From a bacterium (GTDB taxonomy: Bacteria; JAHJDO01), in assembly GCA_043824255.1 (NCBI GenBank), contig JBDRTG010000043.1, positions 1 through 64,000 of the forward strand: 64,000 bases of DNA. Reading direction: 5' to 3'. Made by a program: the position numbers and the translations under genes. The notes under the pieces are model-generated. The model had not been told where the DNA came from and searched no databases. It saw only the letters and a program-made list of their open reading frames with translations. Position 1 is the first letter of the stretch. The number at the start of each line of letters is the position of its first letter. Below are positions 9,735-20,065 of the stretch, in pieces.

Positions 9735-11846
9735 TTATTCTTCCAGCTCATAAGAATCTACAAGGATTTCTCTGCCTTTACTGCCTTTGAGGGGGCCTAC
9801 AATGTCTTCAGCTTCCATCATATCAATAAGCCTCGCTGCTCTTGCGTATCCGATTCTGAGACGGCGTTGCAGGACCGAAGAGGAAGCCTGACGTGTATCT
9901 AGAACTACGTTAACTGCATCTTCAAACAGTTCGTCTTTTTCAAATAATTCCTCTTGCCCATTTTCAACCCGAGGTTCTTCTAGAATCTCCTTCCTGTATG
10001 AAGGACACGCCTGCTTCTTTAGAAAGTTAACTGTCCTTGATATTTCCTTATCAGATACAAAGCACGCCTGCGCCCTCACAGGCTTTGGTAAGCCGGCAGG
10101 CAGAAATAACATATCTCCTTTGCCAAGGAGAACCTCTGCTCCATTCATATCAAGAACAGTTCTGGAATCCACCTTAGAAGAAACCTGAAACGAGACTCTA
10201 CATGGAAAATTAGCTTTAATAACGCCTGTTATTACATCAACAGATGGTCTCTGAGTAGCCAAAATAATATGAATTCCAGCAGCTCTTGAGAGTTGCGCCA
10301 GCCTTGTAATTGAATCTTCAACATCTCTACGCGCCACACTCATTAAATCTGCTAATTCATCAATGATTACAACAATGTACGGCATGTTCTCCATATGTTC
10401 CTGAGATCCATTTGATTCAGAAACTATCTTGTTATATCCAATGATATTGCGTACACCTGCCTTTGCAAGCTTTTGATATCTATCCTCCATCTCTCCTACG
10501 ATCCATTTCAAAGCATTAGATGCCTTCTTTGCATCAGTTACTATTGGAGTTATGAGCTGAGGAATATCTGAAAAAGCAGCTAATTCCACCATTTTGGGAT
10601 CTATCATTAGAAATTGCACTTCTGTTGGATATGCATTATATAACATGCTCATTATAAGACTATTAATACATACAGATTTACCTGCTCCAGTAGTTCCTGC
10701 AATTAAAATATGAGGCATATCTTCAATATCTGCAACCAAGCACTCTCCCTGAATATCCTTTCCAAAGGCTAGTGCAAGTTTTGACTTAGTATCCTTAAAA
10801 GCCTTTGATTCCAGTACTTCTCTCAGATATACAGGCTGTCTTTTCTTATTCGGGATTTCAATCCCTACAACGTCCTTTCCAGGAATCGGCGCAACAATGC
10901 GTACGCTTTGTGCTTTGAGGTTCAAGGCTATGTCATTTGCAAGGGAAACAATATTGTGCACTTTTACGCCAGGCGCGGGTTGCAGTTCATAGCTTGTAAT
11001 AACAGGCCCTTGATTGATCTGAGTAACCTTTGCCTCTATACCAAAATCATGAAGTGTATGTTCCAGTATTTCAGAGTTTAAATCTAACATGCCTGCATCA
11101 TCACTTGCCATCTCAGACTCTGAAGGTAACTCCAACAATGTTAATGGTGGTAACTGAAAGACATCAGGATGAAATGAAGCAACAGCTTCTTTAGATGCAG
11201 ACTGCTTTTCTGAAACATCTTCTGTTTGAACTTGTTTTAGTCCTGTAGTTCTAATCTTTCTTGTAACATTTCTATTAATAATTAAGTCCTTTTTTGAGAA
11301 TTTGCGGATAATAAATGAACCAAAAGCAGAGAGAGAAAACTCTGTACATAAAAGAAACCCTGAAATAAACACTGTTACCGTTACAATATAAGCCCCCGTT
11401 TGCTGCAGATATGTTTTTAGCTGTTCCGCCAAAAAAACCCCTAATATGCCGCCTGCTTTAAACCTATTTGTTAAAAGAAAAATTTTTAATGACGGTATAT
11501 CAGTCAGAGCAAATAAAGAAGCTCCTCCACATAGAAGCAAAACTATTCCAAGTATTTTTACATATATATTCTGTGACGGTTTCTGTCTGAATTTATTAAT
11601 ACTTGAAATAAAGCTTACAAGAGGGACAAAATAGGCTGCAAATCCCAGAGCAAGAAAAAGCCCAAACCCAATATACGCCCCAGTTATACCAATATAATTA
11701 TGTGCTGGACTATTAGGGGTTGATATATTAAATGCGATATCAGCTGAATCATAGGATTTTAAGCTAAGAAACAAAAGGATGCTAAAGGCAAGAAGCAGGA
11801 TTCCAATTAAGTCGTTTCTCTGTTTTTCTTTTAAAAAGCCAAACAA
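9735..11846 (-). CDS. ftsK: DNA translocase FtsK/SpoIIIE
   Basis: N-terminal TM helices; PHILIAGTTGAGKS; IIDELADLM; ATQRPSVDVITG; gamma domain LQRRLRIGYARAARLID. Confidence 0.97.
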   Translation of the reverse strand: MFGFLKEKQRNDLIGILLLAFSILLFLSLKSYDSADIAFNISTPNSPAHNYIGITGAYIGFGLFLALGFAAYFVPLVSFISSINKFRQKPSQNIYVKILGIVLLLCGGASLFALTDIPSLKIFLLTNRFKAGGILGVFLAEQLKTYLQQTGAYIVTVTVFISGFLLCTEFSLSAFGSFIIRKFSKKDLIINRNVTRKIRTTGLKQVQTEDVSEKQSASKEAVASFHPDVFQLPPLTLLELPSESEMASDDAGMLDLNSEILEHTLHDFGIEAKVTQINQGPVITSYELQPAPGVKVHNIVSLANDIALNLKAQSVRIVAPIPGKDVVGIEIPNKKRQPVYLREVLESKAFKDTKSKLALAFGKDIQGECLVADIEDMPHILIAGTTGAGKSVCINSLIMSMLYNAYPTEVQFLMIDPKMVELAAFSDIPQLITPIVTDAKKASNALKWIVGEMEDRYQKLAKAGVRNIIGYNKIVSESNGSQEHMENMPYIVVIIDELADLMSVARRDVEDSITRLAQLSRAAGIHIILATQRPSVDVITGVIKANFPCRVSFQVSSKVDSRTVLDMNGAEVLLGKGDMLFLPAGLPKPVRAQACFVSDKEISRTVNFLKKQACPSYRKEILEEPRVENGQEELFEKDELFEDAVNVVLDTRQASSSVLQRRLRIGYARAARLIDMMEAEDIVGPLKGSKGREILVDSYELEE

Positions 11847-11848
11847 GT

Positions 11849-12298
11849 TTATAATCCTGTATGTCCAAAACCTCCTGCATTCCTGGAGGTTTTGGCTAAC
11901 TTGTTAACATACACCAAATCAGCTCTGCTGACCTTGTTAATTACGAGCTGTGCTATCCGATCTCCCCTGCGAATTAAAAAATCCTTTTTCCCAAGATTCA
12001 CTAGTATAACACCTACTTCACCCCTGTAATCTGCATCAATCGTACCAGGGCTGTTAACAATACTTATCCCATGTTTAAGAGCAAGTCCGCTTCTTGGTCT
12101 GACCTGTCCCTCATATCCAGGTAGGATGCCTATTCGAATACCTGTAGGAACTAATTTAATTTCTCCCGGCTTCAAAACCATGTCTTCCTTAACAGCAGCT
12201 GAGAGATCCATGCCGCTTGCACGCTCAGTCATATATTTAGGAAGTGGCATATCCTCTGCCCCAGGGATACGTGTTATCTCTACCTTTATCTCTTCCAA
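11849..12298 (-). CDS. dut: dUTP diphosphatase
   Basis: [27 protein letters not shown] and GGFGHTG motifs. Confidence 0.97.
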   Translation of the reverse strand: MEEIKVEITRIPGAEDMPLPKYMTERASGMDLSAAVKEDMVLKPGEIKLVPTGIRIGILPGYEGQVRPRSGLALKHGISIVNSPGTIDADYRGEVGVILVNLGKKDFLIRRGDRIAQLVINKVSRADLVYVNKLAKTSRNAGGFGHTGL

Positions 12299-12307
12299 AA
12301 CTAGCTC

Positions 12308-14401
12308 CTAATTATCTTGTTTTTCTTCATCCATTACTGCCTTGCGGCTTAGATTGATTCTGCCCTGGGAATCTATTTCCATTACCTTTACAGTTAGCTT
12401 GTCTCCAACCTTAACCACATCGTCAACGTTTTTTACATATGCATTAGATAATTGCGATACATGAATAAGCCCTTCCTGCCCGGGAAGCACCTCTGCAAAT
12501 GCGCCAAAATTTGTAACTTTCTTCACTGTGCTATCGTATGTTTTTCCTACTTCCACGTCTTCTACAAGTTTACTAACAATATCAATAGCTTTATCAAGCT
12601 GTTCTTTATCAGTGGAGGCAATAGATACCTTGCCTTGATCATCAATATCAATCTTAACACCTGTATCCTGAACAATCTTTTTTATTGTTTTTCCACCAGG
12701 CCCAATGACTTTCCCGATTTTATCAGTATTAACCTGCATTGTAAAAATCCTTGGCGCATATAGAGATATTTCTTTACGTGGTTCAGAAATTACATCTGCC
12801 ATTTTATCAAGAATTTTTAAACGAGCTTCTTTTGCCTGAGACAGCCCCTTTCCCATAATCTCAGGAGTAATACCTTCCATTTTTATATCCATCTGAAAAG
12901 CTGTTATTCCATCTCTGGTACCAGTAACTTTAAAATCCATATCTCCAATATGATCCTCCATTCCGCTGATATCTGTTAGTACAACAAACTTGTCTTCTTC
13001 CTTTATTAAACCCATTGCAATCCCTGCTACAGGCTCTTCTATTGGCACGCCGGCATCCATAAGGGAAAGCACTCCTCCGCATACTGTTGCCATTGAAGAA
13101 GAGCCATTTGATTCCAAAATATCTGATACTATTCTTACTGTGTAGGGGAATTTCTCAGAAGAAGGCATTACCGGTCTTATAGCGCGTTCGGCAAGCGCGC
13201 CATGACCTATTTCCCGTCTGCCTGGACCTCTGTTGGGTCTTGCTTCTCCAACACTAAATGCCGGGAAGTTATAATGCAGCATAAATGTTTTTTCCGAGTC
13301 CCCTCTTAACCCATCAATACGTTGTCCGTCTTCAGACGTGCCAAGTGTTGTTACTGCCAAACTCTGTGTCTCACCTCTTGTGAAAACCGCTGAGCCGTGC
13401 GTTCTTGGCAAAACGCCAATCTCACAGGTAATAGGTCTAATCTCTTCTAACGATCTGCCGTCTATTCTCTTCTTTTCGTCTAAAATTTTCCTTCTTACTT
13501 CCTCTTTCTCTATCTTATCGAAAACGTAAGATATTGCGTTCTCCTGTTCAGGGTATTTCTCTGAAAGTTTATCCTTAATACCAGTCAACAAATTATCCAG
13601 AAAATCTCTGCGCTGAGATCTATCAGTCATCTTGTTTGCCTGTAATATCTTGTCTACAGCTAATTCTTTTGTAGCATTCTCCAGTTCCTGTGGTATATTC
13701 ATGGTCTCAATTGTACGCTTAGTCTTGCCGCACTTAGCTATTAGTTCCTCAATCACTTCGGTAATCTTTACAATGTGTGTGTGTGCTACTTTTAAAGCCT
13801 CTAAAGCAATTTCTTCTGACACTCCTTTCCCGTCCCCTTCTACCATTGTTATTGCATCCTTTGTTCCTGCAACAACAAAAGCTAATTCGCTTTGTTCAAT
13901 CTGTTCATATGACGGATTAATAATAAATTCATCATTGATTCTGCCTATCCTTACCGCTCCAACTGGTTTAAAAAAAGGTATATCAGATACTCCCAGTGCT
14001 GCTGAAGCGCCAACTATTGCAAGAACATCAGGATCTGTAAATTCATCAGCAGACAAGGCAGTTACCATAATCTGCAGCTCGTTTCTGAACATATCCGGAA
14101 AAAGAGGTCTTATTGGTCTGTCTATCAGTCTTGAAGTCAAAATTTCTTTTTCTGTTGGTCTTCCCTCCCGCTTAAAAAATCCTCCGGGAATCTTTCCTGC
14201 AGCATATGTCTTTTCTCTATAATCAACAGACAAAGGGAAATAATCCATCCCTTCTCTAATTGTTTTAGAGCAAACGGCTGTTGCAAGAACAACAGTATCC
14301 CCGCATCTAACTGTAACAGCTCCGTCTGCTTGTTTTGCAAGCTTGCCTGTTTCTATAATTAAGTCTCTCTCTCCTATTTTTACCTCTACCTTCTCATTCA
14401 T
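12308..14401 (-). CDS. pnp: Polyribonucleotide nucleotidyltransferase (PNPase)
   Basis: GKIPGGFFKREGRP, RREIGHG, SNGSSSMA, GDMDFKV; KH and S1 domains. Confidence 0.98.
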   Translation of the reverse strand: MNEKVEVKIGERDLIIETGKLAKQADGAVTVRCGDTVVLATAVCSKTIREGMDYFPLSVDYREKTYAAGKIPGGFFKREGRPTEKEILTSRLIDRPIRPLFPDMFRNELQIMVTALSADEFTDPDVLAIVGASAALGVSDIPFFKPVGAVRIGRINDEFIINPSYEQIEQSELAFVVAGTKDAITMVEGDGKGVSEEIALEALKVAHTHIVKITEVIEELIAKCGKTKRTIETMNIPQELENATKELAVDKILQANKMTDRSQRRDFLDNLLTGIKDKLSEKYPEQENAISYVFDKIEKEEVRRKILDEKKRIDGRSLEEIRPITCEIGVLPRTHGSAVFTRGETQSLAVTTLGTSEDGQRIDGLRGDSEKTFMLHYNFPAFSVGEARPNRGPGRREIGHGALAERAIRPVMPSSEKFPYTVRIVSDILESNGSSSMATVCGGVLSLMDAGVPIEEPVAGIAMGLIKEEDKFVVLTDISGMEDHIGDMDFKVTGTRDGITAFQMDIKMEGITPEIMGKGLSQAKEARLKILDKMADVISEPRKEISLYAPRIFTMQVNTDKIGKVIGPGGKTIKKIVQDTGVKIDIDDQGKVSIASTDKEQLDKAIDIVSKLVEDVEVGKTYDSTVKKVTNFGAFAEVLPGQEGLIHVSQLSNAYVKNVDDVVKVGDKLTVKVMEIDSQGRINLSRKAVMDEEKQDN

Positions 14402-14422
14402 ATCTTCTCTCTTTCATTTTAA

Positions 14423-16180
14423 TTAATCTTTCTTAGTCTCTATTTGCTTCCTAATTCGGTCTATAAATTGATTAATATCCATTCCCACACAATCCTTATT
14501 TCCGTGTTTTCTAATAGCTACTGTCTTCTCTTTAACTTCCCTGTCTCCTATTATAAGCATGTAAGGAATTTTATCCAGCTCTGATTCCCTTATTTTTAGT
14601 CCTATTTTTTCATCTCTATGATCAAGTTCTGTTCTTATTTGGTTGCGCTGCAACAAATTCTGCACCTCTTTTGCATACGGGACATTATCCTCTCCTATCG
14701 TCAATATTTTAACCTGAACAGGTGAAAGCCATATTGGGAATGCTCCCCCATAATGCTCAATAAGAGTTCCCACAAACCTTTCCATGGAACCAAGAACAGT
14801 ACGGTGAACCATCATTGCATAATGTTCTTTTCCATCTTCTCCGATGTAGGTAACATTAAAACGACGCGGCAGATTAAAGTCAAATTGCACAGTTGGCCCC
14901 TGCCACAATCTGCCAAGAGAGTCTTTCATTTTTATATCAATCTTTGGACCATAAAAAACTGCTTCTCCTTCTTCAACCTCGTATGTTATATTCTTTTCTT
15001 TTAATACATCTTCAAGAGCACCCGTAGCTTTCTCCCAGTCTTCAATGCTTCCGGCAAATTTATTGCTTTTATCTCTTGTGCTCAAAAATACTTCATATTC
15101 AAATCCAAATATTTTCATCATATAGTTCACAAGTTCTATCACTTCTTTAATCTCATTTTTAAGCTGGTTTGGAGTGCAAAAGATATGGGCATCATCCTGA
15201 GTAAAGCCTCGAACCCTCAGCATACCGTGAAGCACGCCCGATTTCTCGTATCTATAGACTGTCCCGAGCTCTGCATAACGTATTGGCAGTTCTTTATAAC
15301 TATGCAGTTTTGTTTTGTAAATCAATATGTGTCCGGGACAGTTCATAGGCTTGATTATATAATCCTGCGAATCTATTTCCATTGGAGAATACATATTGTC
15401 CTTGTAAAAATCCAGATGTCCGCTGGTCTTCCACAAATTGATATTGGATATATGGGGTATATTCACAAACTGATACCCGCGCTGCATATGCTCCTTATAC
15501 CAGAAGTCTTCAATTACTCTGCGAATCATAGCTCCCTTTGGATGCCAGAAGATAAGACCTGCGCCTGCTTCTTCATGTATGCTGTATAAATCAAGCTCCT
15601 TTCCCAATTTTCTATGATCACGTTTTTTAGCCTCTGTGAGTTTATTTACATACTCATCAAGCTCTTCTTTCGTATACCATGCTGTGCCATATATCCTCTG
15701 AAGCATTTTATTCTTCTCGTCTCCACGCCAATACGCACCGGCAATGCTAAGCAATTTAAATGCTTTTATGTCACCTGTGCTCTCAACATGGGGCCCGCGG
15801 CAGAGGTCAATAAAATCACCTGTCTTATACAAGCTCACTTTCTCATCAGGAATCTCATCAAGTAATTCCAATTTATATGGCTCACCTTTCTCTTCAAATA
15901 TCTCTTTAGCCTTATCTTTAGATACATCGATCCGTTCAAAACAAGTTTTCTCATTTATTATCTTGCACATCTTCTTTTCAATCTTTTCCAGATCTTCAGG
16001 AATAAACGGATCTTTTTTATCAAAATCATAATAAAAACCGTCTTCAATAGCTGGCCCTATACTTATCTTTGTGCCGGGGAACAGCTGCTGAACAGCCGAA
16101 GCCATTATATGCGCAGTACTATGGCGATAAATCGCCAATTTTGAACTTTGAATTTTGAATTTTGAATTAGAAGCCACCAA
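14423..16180 (-). CDS. thrS: Threonine--tRNA ligase (no N-terminal TGS domain)
   Basis: RHSTAHIMA, DLCRGPHV, RDHRKLG, KPMNCPGH, RVRGFTQDDAHIFC; start TTG 16180 or GTG 16177 after AAGGAAGG. Confidence 0.97.
   Translation of the reverse strand: MVASNSKFKIQSSKLAIYRHSTAHIMASAVQQLFPGTKISIGPAIEDGFYYDFDKKDPFIPEDLEKIEKKMCKIINEKTCFERIDVSKDKAKEIFEEKGEPYKLELLDEIPDEKVSLYKTGDFIDLCRGPHVESTGDIKAFKLLSIAGAYWRGDEKNKMLQRIYGTAWYTKEELDEYVNKLTEAKKRDHRKLGKELDLYSIHEEAGAGLIFWHPKGAMIRRVIEDFWYKEHMQRGYQFVNIPHISNINLWKTSGHLDFYKDNMYSPMEIDSQDYIIKPMNCPGHILIYKTKLHSYKELPIRYAELGTVYRYEKSGVLHGMLRVRGFTQDDAHIFCTPNQLKNEIKEVIELVNYMMKIFGFEYEVFLSTRDKSNKFAGSIEDWEKATGALEDVLKEKNITYEVEEGEAVFYGPKIDIKMKDSLGRLWQGPTVQFDFNLPRRFNVTYIGEDGKEHYAMMVHRTVLGSMERFVGTLIEHYGGAFPIWLSPVQVKILTIGEDNVPYAKEVQNLLQRNQIRTELDHRDEKIGLKIRESELDKIPYMLIIGDREVKEKTVAIRKHGNKDCVGMDINQFIDRIRKQIETKKD
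16137..16168. repeat. Heptamer tandem repeat (AATTTTG)x4.5 inside the thrS 5' end
   Basis: aattttg aactttg aattttg aattttg aatt. Confidence 0.9.
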
Positions 16181-16250
16181 ACAAACCTTCCTTAGAAATT
16201 AAGAATTAACAATTTAAAATTAATAATTACAGTCGCAGACTGTCTAACAG

Positions 16251-16324
16251 TGGGCGGTACTGGGCTCGAACCAGTGACCCCCTGCACGTCAAGCAGGTAC
16301 TCTAACCAGCTGAGCTAACCGCCC
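16251..16324 (-). tRNA. tRNA-Val(GAC)
   Basis: Reverse complement GGGCGGTTAGCTCAGCTGGTTAGAGTACCTGCTTGACGTGCAGGGGGTCACTGGTTCGAGCCCAGTACCGCCCA folds as a cloverleaf with anticodon GAC and a TTCGA T-loop; CCA is not encoded. Confidence 0.97.
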
Positions 16325-16338
16325 GGAAAAGCTGCGCT

Positions 16339-16367
16339 AGTATAACGAAAACGAATACTGTTTACAA
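16339..16367 (-). promoter_or_regulatory. Sigma70-type promoter for tRNA-Val/thrS
   Basis: TTGTAA-17 nt-TATACT followed by a GC-rich discriminator-like stretch. Confidence 0.65.
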
Positions 16368-16405
16368 GCCAAAAACTGGTTTAGAGTTGGGAATTAAGAA
16401 TCTTT

Positions 16406-17362
16406 CTAATTGAGAACAAATCCCTTCATCCCAGACGATTTTATTAGCTTTAAATTACCGTCTTTTATAGTGACGATTAGTGCTTCTATTCCTTTTAACT
16501 TTTCTATTAGTTCAATGCCCCTTTTCTCTCCAAGTACTGTTAGGGCTGTTGCCAAGTTGTCACAAGTCAGACAATCTGAGGATAATACAGAAACACTCAC
16601 TATTTGATTATCCACTGGATAGCCGGTCCTTGGATCAATTATGTGAGAATATTTCTTGCCGTTCAGCATAAAAAATCTTTCATAATCCCCAGAGGTTGCA
16701 ACTGCGCTATTTTCTAAATTTATAAGTCCTATAATCCTGTTTCTTTCTCTTGGATGTTTTATGCCTATTTCCCATAGCTTTCCATCTTCCCGCTTGCCAA
16801 TAGCTCTGATATCACCTCCTGCATTAATCAAGGCTCCCTTAATATCATAGTTTTTAATAAGATCCATAGCCATATCTACTGCATATCCTTTGGCTAATCC
16901 ACCCAAGTCAATTTTCATGCCTGCTTTATCGAACTTCACATTATTGTTTTTTATTAAAATATTTTTATATCCAACAAGAGATAAAGTATTTAGAATATTC
17001 TGTGTATCTGGAAATTCCTTTGTTTCCCTGGCATTATGCCATAGATCAATTAATGGCTTACATGTAATGTCAAACGCGCCATCTGATAATACTGAAGTAT
17101 AACGGGCTTCGTTTATCACATACAGAAGTTCTCTACTAGATTCGTATTCTCCTGCTTTGTTTAGCGAGCACAGTTCACTATCTGGTTTATAAGCACTTGC
17201 AATATCTTCTATTCTCGATATTTCTTTAAACCCAGCCTGAACTGCTGAGCGTATTACTGCTCTGCTCTTGCCAACAACAATGATATTTACTTCTGTGCCC
17301 ATTAAGAATTTTGTTTCTTCATAACGAATGGGTCTGGCAGAACAACCTGTAATTAAGGACAC
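16406..17362 (-). CDS. apbE: FAD:protein FMN transferase (ApbE) lipoprotein; true start probably further upstream
   Basis: FLMGT, GAFDIT, IDLGGLAKGYAVD, INAGGD, VATSGDYER, HIIDPRTG; lipobox ITGC. Confidence 0.93.
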   Translation of the reverse strand: MSLITGCSARPIRYEETKFLMGTEVNIIVVGKSRAVIRSAVQAGFKEISRIEDIASAYKPDSELCSLNKAGEYESSRELLYVINEARYTSVLSDGAFDITCKPLIDLWHNARETKEFPDTQNILNTLSLVGYKNILIKNNNVKFDKAGMKIDLGGLAKGYAVDMAMDLIKNYDIKGALINAGGDIRAIGKREDGKLWEIGIKHPRERNRIIGLINLENSAVATSGDYERFFMLNGKKYSHIIDPRTGYPVDNQIVSVSVLSSDCLTCDNLATALTVLGEKRGIELIEKLKGIEALIVTIKDGNLKLIKSSGMKGFVLN

Positions 17363-17384
17363 AAAAAATAAAAGAATGAGGGGA

Positions 17385-17416
17385 AATTTTGAATTTTGAA
17401 TTTTGAATTTTGAATT
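17385..17416. repeat. Heptamer tandem repeat (AATTTTG)x4.5 in the apbE signal-peptide region
   Basis: aattttg x4 plus aatt, perfect copies. Confidence 0.9.
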
Positions 17417-17426
17417 AATAATTTGT

Positions 17427-18215
17427 TTACAGCTTCTTGCTTATTCTCTCAATAGATAAAGCTCTTCCAGAATCATAATCTGCTTCAATAATTACCCCGT
17501 GTAACCGGATATCATCTGAAGCAGCTTCAAGTCTTATTGGGACTTGTGTTAAAAAACGTTGAAAAACAGAGTCTTTTTTTACTCCTATTATTGAATCGTG
17601 AGGACCAGTCATTCCAGCATCGGTAATATAGGCTGTGCCCCTGGGAAAAATCTTTTCATCAGCGGTTTGAACATGTGTATGGGTTCCTATTACTGCAGTA
17701 ACTTTACCGTCTAGGTATCTACCCAAAGCCATCTTTTCAGATGTTGCTTCAGCATGAAAATCTATAATATTTACCATTGTTTTCTTTTTTAATTTTTTTA
17801 TTTCTTTCTCTGCTACCTTAAAAGGACAGTCCAAAGGAGACATAAAAATACGCCCCATAAGATTTGTTATTCCAATTATATACCCTTTTTTACTTTTAAA
17901 TGTTGTAGAACCAATCCCTTTGACTCCGTCAGGATAGTTCGCTGGCCGCAGTATTCTCTCATCAGTGTCCAAAGCACTTAGTATATCCTTATTGCTCCAT
18001 ATGTGATTGCCTGATGTTATAATATCTATTCCAGAGGAAAAAAGTTGATTGGAGATTTTCCGTGTAATGCCAGTGCCTCCTGCTGCGTTTTCTCCATTTG
18101 CTATACATACATCTATGCTATTTGTATTCAACAAAGTTGGAACAAGTTTCTCTATTGCACAACGTCCAGCCTTGCCAACCACATCCCCGATGAAAAGAAT
18201 TCTAATTTTAGCCAA
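17427..18215 (-). CDS. ymdB: YmdB family metallophosphoesterase (2',3'-cyclic nucleotide phosphodiesterase)
   Basis: FIGDVVG, NGENAAGG, TSGNH, DFHAEATSEK, GTHTHVQTAD; lies directly downstream of rny. Confidence 0.93.
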   Translation of the reverse strand: MAKIRILFIGDVVGKAGRCAIEKLVPTLLNTNSIDVCIANGENAAGGTGITRKISNQLFSSGIDIITSGNHIWSNKDILSALDTDERILRPANYPDGVKGIGSTTFKSKKGYIIGITNLMGRIFMSPLDCPFKVAEKEIKKLKKKTMVNIIDFHAEATSEKMALGRYLDGKVTAVIGTHTHVQTADEKIFPRGTAYITDAGMTGPHDSIIGVKKDSVFQRFLTQVPIRLEAASDDIRLHGVIIEADYDSGRALSIERISKKL

Positions 18216-18223
18216 TTTCTTAT

Positions 18224-19798
18224 CTATTTTGCATAATCAACTACTCTAGTCTCGCGAATCAAGGTAACCTTAATCTGCCCTGGATAATTTAAATTTTCTT
18301 CTATTTTTTTACTTATATCCCGCAAAAGTTTAACACTTTCTGTATCACTTATCTTGTCAGGCTCAACCATGACTCTAATCTCTCTACCGGCATTAATTGC
18401 ATATGTTTTATTAACGCCTGGAAATGATGTTGCAATACTTTCTAATTCTTCCAACCGCTTTACATATTTTTCGAATGTTTCGCGCCGCACGCCAGGCCGT
18501 GATGCAGAGATTGCATCAGCTGCCTGAATAAGCACAGAAAGTATGGTATTTGTTGGCTTTTCCTCATGATGTGAAGCAATTGCATAAACTATCTCATCTG
18601 ATTCACCACATTTCTTTGCCAAATCCGCACCTATCTGCGCATGTGTACCTTCTACTTCATGGTCAACAGACTTACCTATATCATGCAAGAGACCTGCGCG
18701 TTTTGCTGTCTTTATATCCTGACCTAATTCTGCAGCCATTGCCCCTGCCAGATAAGCTGCTTCCTTTGAATGCTGCAATACGTTCTGCCCATAACTTGTC
18801 CTATACTTCAAACGCCCAATCAGTTTTATTTCTTCTGAGTTAAGTCCTTGAACTCCAACTTCCAAGGCAGCCTGTTCTCCGGCTTCCTTAATAGCAAATT
18901 GAACTTCTTTATCGGCTTTTTCTACAACTTCTTCTATTCTACCAGGGTGAATCCTTCCGTCCGCAATAAGTTTTTCTAAAGCAACTTTTGCAATCTCTCT
19001 TCTTATAGGATCAAAACCCGAAAGTATAACCGCTTCCGGAGTGTCATCAACAATAATATTTATACCTGTTGCAATCTCGAACGCCCGGATATTTCTCCCT
19101 TCACGGCCAATGATACGTCCTTTCATCTCCTCGTTTGGCAAAGATACAACAGATACTGTAGATTCAGTGGTGTATTCTGCAGCGCATCTCTGAATTGCTG
19201 TAGCTATGATTTCCTTGGCCTTTTTCTGGGCATTTTCCCGAGACTCGTCTTCTATTTTCTTTGCTAAAAGCGCTGCGTCGTATTTAGCTTCTTCAGCTAT
19301 TTTGGCAAGAAATACTTCTCTAGCTTTTTCTGGGGTAAGTCCGGAAATTCTTTGAAGACTGCTTTTTTCCTCTTCTAAAGCTCGAGTAAGTTCTATTTGT
19401 CTTCTACCTAAATCTTCTGTTCTTCGTCTTATGCTATTTTCTTTATCTGAAATCTCTCGTTCTCTTTTTTCCCAAAGATCAACTTTTCTATCTAAATTCG
19501 CTTCTTTCTGGCTTATCTTGCTCTCAAGAGCAGAAAGTTCCTTTTTCCTTGCGCTTGTTTCTTGCTCAAATGAAGATCTTATCTTATATAGCTCATCCTT
19601 TGCTTCTAGATCTAGCTCTCTTCGCTTTGTTTCAATCTCTTTTTCTGCATCTTTTAGTATTTTCGCAGCATACTCTTCTGCTCTCCTTATCTTTGACTCA
19701 GCTATATATTTTCTATATACATATCCTGCTATGCCAAATCCGAGCCCGACTCCTCCACTTACAAGCCAAAAAATATAACTAGTTAACAGGCTAATCAT
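18224..19798 (-). CDS. rny: Ribonuclease Y
   Basis: N-terminal TM helix, coiled coil, KH motif [15 protein letters not shown] motif [13 protein letters not shown]. Confidence 0.97.
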   Translation of the reverse strand: MISLLTSYIFWLVSGGVGLGFGIAGYVYRKYIAESKIRRAEEYAAKILKDAEKEIETKRRELDLEAKDELYKIRSSFEQETSARKKELSALESKISQKEANLDRKVDLWEKREREISDKENSIRRRTEDLGRRQIELTRALEEEKSSLQRISGLTPEKAREVFLAKIAEEAKYDAALLAKKIEDESRENAQKKAKEIIATAIQRCAAEYTTESTVSVVSLPNEEMKGRIIGREGRNIRAFEIATGINIIVDDTPEAVILSGFDPIRREIAKVALEKLIADGRIHPGRIEEVVEKADKEVQFAIKEAGEQAALEVGVQGLNSEEIKLIGRLKYRTSYGQNVLQHSKEAAYLAGAMAAELGQDIKTAKRAGLLHDIGKSVDHEVEGTHAQIGADLAKKCGESDEIVYAIASHHEEKPTNTILSVLIQAADAISASRPGVRRETFEKYVKRLEELESIATSFPGVNKTYAINAGREIRVMVEPDKISDTESVKLLRDISKKIEENLNYPGQIKVTLIRETRVVDYAK

Positions 19799-20012
19799 AA
19801 TGCCCTCACTCCCTTTATAATAAACACATAGGAGCTACATGCATCAGATTTTTCTTACATTTTAACGTCCCTGTACTTCCCTCTTTTTAATCTCTTAAGT
19901 CTCCTTAATCTATATTGCTTTTTCTATTAAATGCTTAGAAAAACCTGATAATCTTTATAGCTTTTCCTACGGTTAGTTAAATAAACACTTTTATTAAACT
20001 ACACTTGGGTTA

Positions 20013-20041
20013 ATTCTATATTTGGAGGGTTTTAAAGTCAA
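20013..20041 (-). promoter_or_regulatory. Sigma70-type promoter upstream of rny
   Basis: TTGACT-17 nt-TAGAAT on the minus strand. Confidence 0.65.
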
Positions 20042-20065
20042 GCAGAATCCTGAGATTGGAGCTCT

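Noticed and set aside
9699..9902. Small ORF following the 986-aa gene
   Set aside because: Almost entirely antisense to the conserved ftsK gamma domain.
13632..14222. Long antisense ORFs (e.g. 13632..14222, 26811..27269, 39842..40339, 44381..44926, 45106..45576)
   Set aside because: They are shadows of well-supported genes on the opposite strand, with Ser/Ile/Phe-rich antisense composition and no motifs.
16248..16251. Missing CCA end of tRNA-Val as a sign of a pseudo-tRNA or integration site
   Set aside because: Non-encoded CCA is common, a CCA-adding enzyme is at 41243, and I saw no duplicated tRNA 3' end.
19799..20065. 6S RNA upstream of rny
   Set aside because: I could not find the long self-complementary rod structure; the region is AT-rich without extended pairing.
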